Assembly (NCBI GenBank): GCA_963823035.1
Contig: CAWGKG010000020.1
Location: 64,001-128,000, forward strand
Reading direction: 5' to 3'
Origin: an uncultured Gemmatimonadales bacterium
GTDB taxonomy: Bacteria > Gemmatimonadota > Gemmatimonadetes > Longimicrobiales > Gaopeijiaceae
DNA length: 64,000 nucleotides
Within the stretch, counting starts at the first letter, position 1. The number at the start of each line of letters is the position of its first letter. Of the stretch, positions 62,958 to 64,000 are shown piece after piece. Made by a program: the position numbers and the translations under genes. The notes under the pieces are model-generated. The model searched no databases, was not told the origin of the DNA, and saw only the letters and a program-made list of their open reading frames with translations.

Positions 62958-64000
62958 TCAGGGCGTGAGCCAGTAGCTCGCCTTGATCACGAAGACGTTG
63001 TCCGGGTGGGCGTCGAACATCGCCTCACGGTCGCGGCCGAAGCGGAAGTCCCCGACCCCCTGCGCGTAGTCCGAACGGCTCTGCTGCCACGCCAGGTAGA
63101 GCGTCGAGCCGGGGCGATACTCCCAGCGCAGGACCGCAGTGCCCCGCAGCGACCGGTAGTTGAAGTCCGGGTCCGGCGCGGCGCCCTCCCACGGCGTGAA
63201 GGTGTAGCCACGCGGGGTGGCCAGGGAGCCGACCTGAAGGAAGTCCCCGCTGGAGATGAACGGCTGCGCGTAGAGCTGGAAGGAGAGCTTCGGCGTGAAG
63301 GTGTAGTCGAGGCGCGTCTCCATCGCCAGCGTGGTCTGGCGCAGGGGGGCGAAGAGGTAGCGCGCCCCGTACGTGGCGGTCGCGGTCGGGTCGGCGACGG
63401 TGCCGACGTACTGCGCCTGCGTCATGCTCCTCCCGATGGAGGGGCCGATCTGGAGGCGCCACCGGTCCGACGTGCGCACGATCGCGGTCACGTCCAACCC
63501 GGTCGCCCAGCCGCCGTATTCGTCGCGCATCCCGTCGATGGTGGTGAAGACCGAGACCGCCTTGCGCGAGTCCGAGCCGACGTGGAAGAAGCCGCTCCAG
63601 TTGGCCGGACGTTGCATGAGCGGCCCACCGCGCGTGCTCCGGTCGTCCACGGCGCGGACCTGCCTGGAGATGGCCAGCGCGCCGCCCCAGAAGTCCAGCG
63701 TCCGGAAGTTCATCTGCAGGCGCCAGATCGCGAGGATCCGCTGCCAGTCGTAGTTGTGCTCGTAGCGGACGGCGCTGATGAGCGCGTAGTTGCGCAGGAA
63801 CGTTCCGGGGCGGTTCTCCTGGTAGGTGAGCGTGCCCGCCACGTCGCGCCGGTCCGTCCGGGTCTGGAAGCCCAGGTCGTTCACCTCGAACGCCGGGGAG
63901 GTGGCCGCCACGGCCAGGTCTCCACGCCAGTGCTCGCCCCCCTGACGCTCGACAGCGGCGCCGACCGAGTATCCGGTCAGCGTCGTCGTGTTCGGGTCCA
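62958..64000 (-). CDS. DUF5916-like outer-membrane protein, C-terminal part (5' end beyond the window)
   Basis: SPAFEVNDLGF, RSTRGGP, LQLYAQP-like SFQLYAQPF, VLRWEYRPGSTLYLAWQQ, NVFVIKASYWL. Confidence 0.78.
   Translation of the reverse strand, partial: DPNTTTLTGYSVGAAVERQGGEHWRGDLAVAATSPAFEVNDLGFQTRTDRRDVAGTLTYQENRPGTFLRNYALISAVRYEHNYDWQRILAIWRLQMNFRTLDFWGGALAISRQVRAVDDRSTRGGPLMQRPANWSGFFHVGSDSRKAVSVFTTIDGMRDEYGGWATGLDVTAIVRTSDRWRLQIGPSIGRSMTQAQYVGTVADPTATATYGARYLFAPLRQTTLAMETRLDYTFTPKLSFQLYAQPFISSGDFLQVGSLATPRGYTFTPWEGAAPDPDFNYRSLRGTAVLRWEYRPGSTLYLAWQQSRSDYAQGVGDFRFGRDREAMFDAHPDNVFVIKASYWLTP

Overview
High-GC (about 70% by eye) bacterial chromosomal window with many single-base frameshifts that look like long-read consensus errors. 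Gene content suggests a Gemmatimonadota/Acidobacteriota-like heterotroph (inference only). The left half holds a Ser/Thr kinase, a penicillin-acylase-family amidase, a divergent PqqD/RRE + HPr-kinase-like + nucleotidyltransferase trio with no visible precursor or cyclase, a class A PBP-like protein, a PAS histidine kinase, MarR-GNAT, PfpI, an M13 peptidase, TlpA/DsbA, lysine 6-aminotransferase, a membrane-anchored DtxR-FeoA-FeoA regulator with feoB, a BlaI/M56 pair with a helical-repeat ectodomain, and a 2-oxoacid oxidoreductase operon whose gamma subunit is fused to a GltD/NfnB-like flavoprotein and a ferredoxin. The right half is dominated by six PadR + duplicated MacB/FtsX-type orphan permease (ADOP-like) pairs with no ATPase. 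Three patterns stand out there: (i) the permease N-terminal prefix type co-varies with PadR subtype in all 6 pairs; (ii) every permease has an internal Shine-Dalgarno-like site plus Met right after the prefix; (iii) every padR has its own distinct palindromic operator. Together these suggest a family of insulated membrane-sensor/repressor signalling modules rather than ordinary ABC transporters (hypothesis). Also present are a kinase-M23-class III aminotransferase triple fusion, a diheme cytochrome c-TPR protein and a duplicated two-gene pilin-like cassette. No rRNA, tRNA, CRISPR array or mobile element was recognised.
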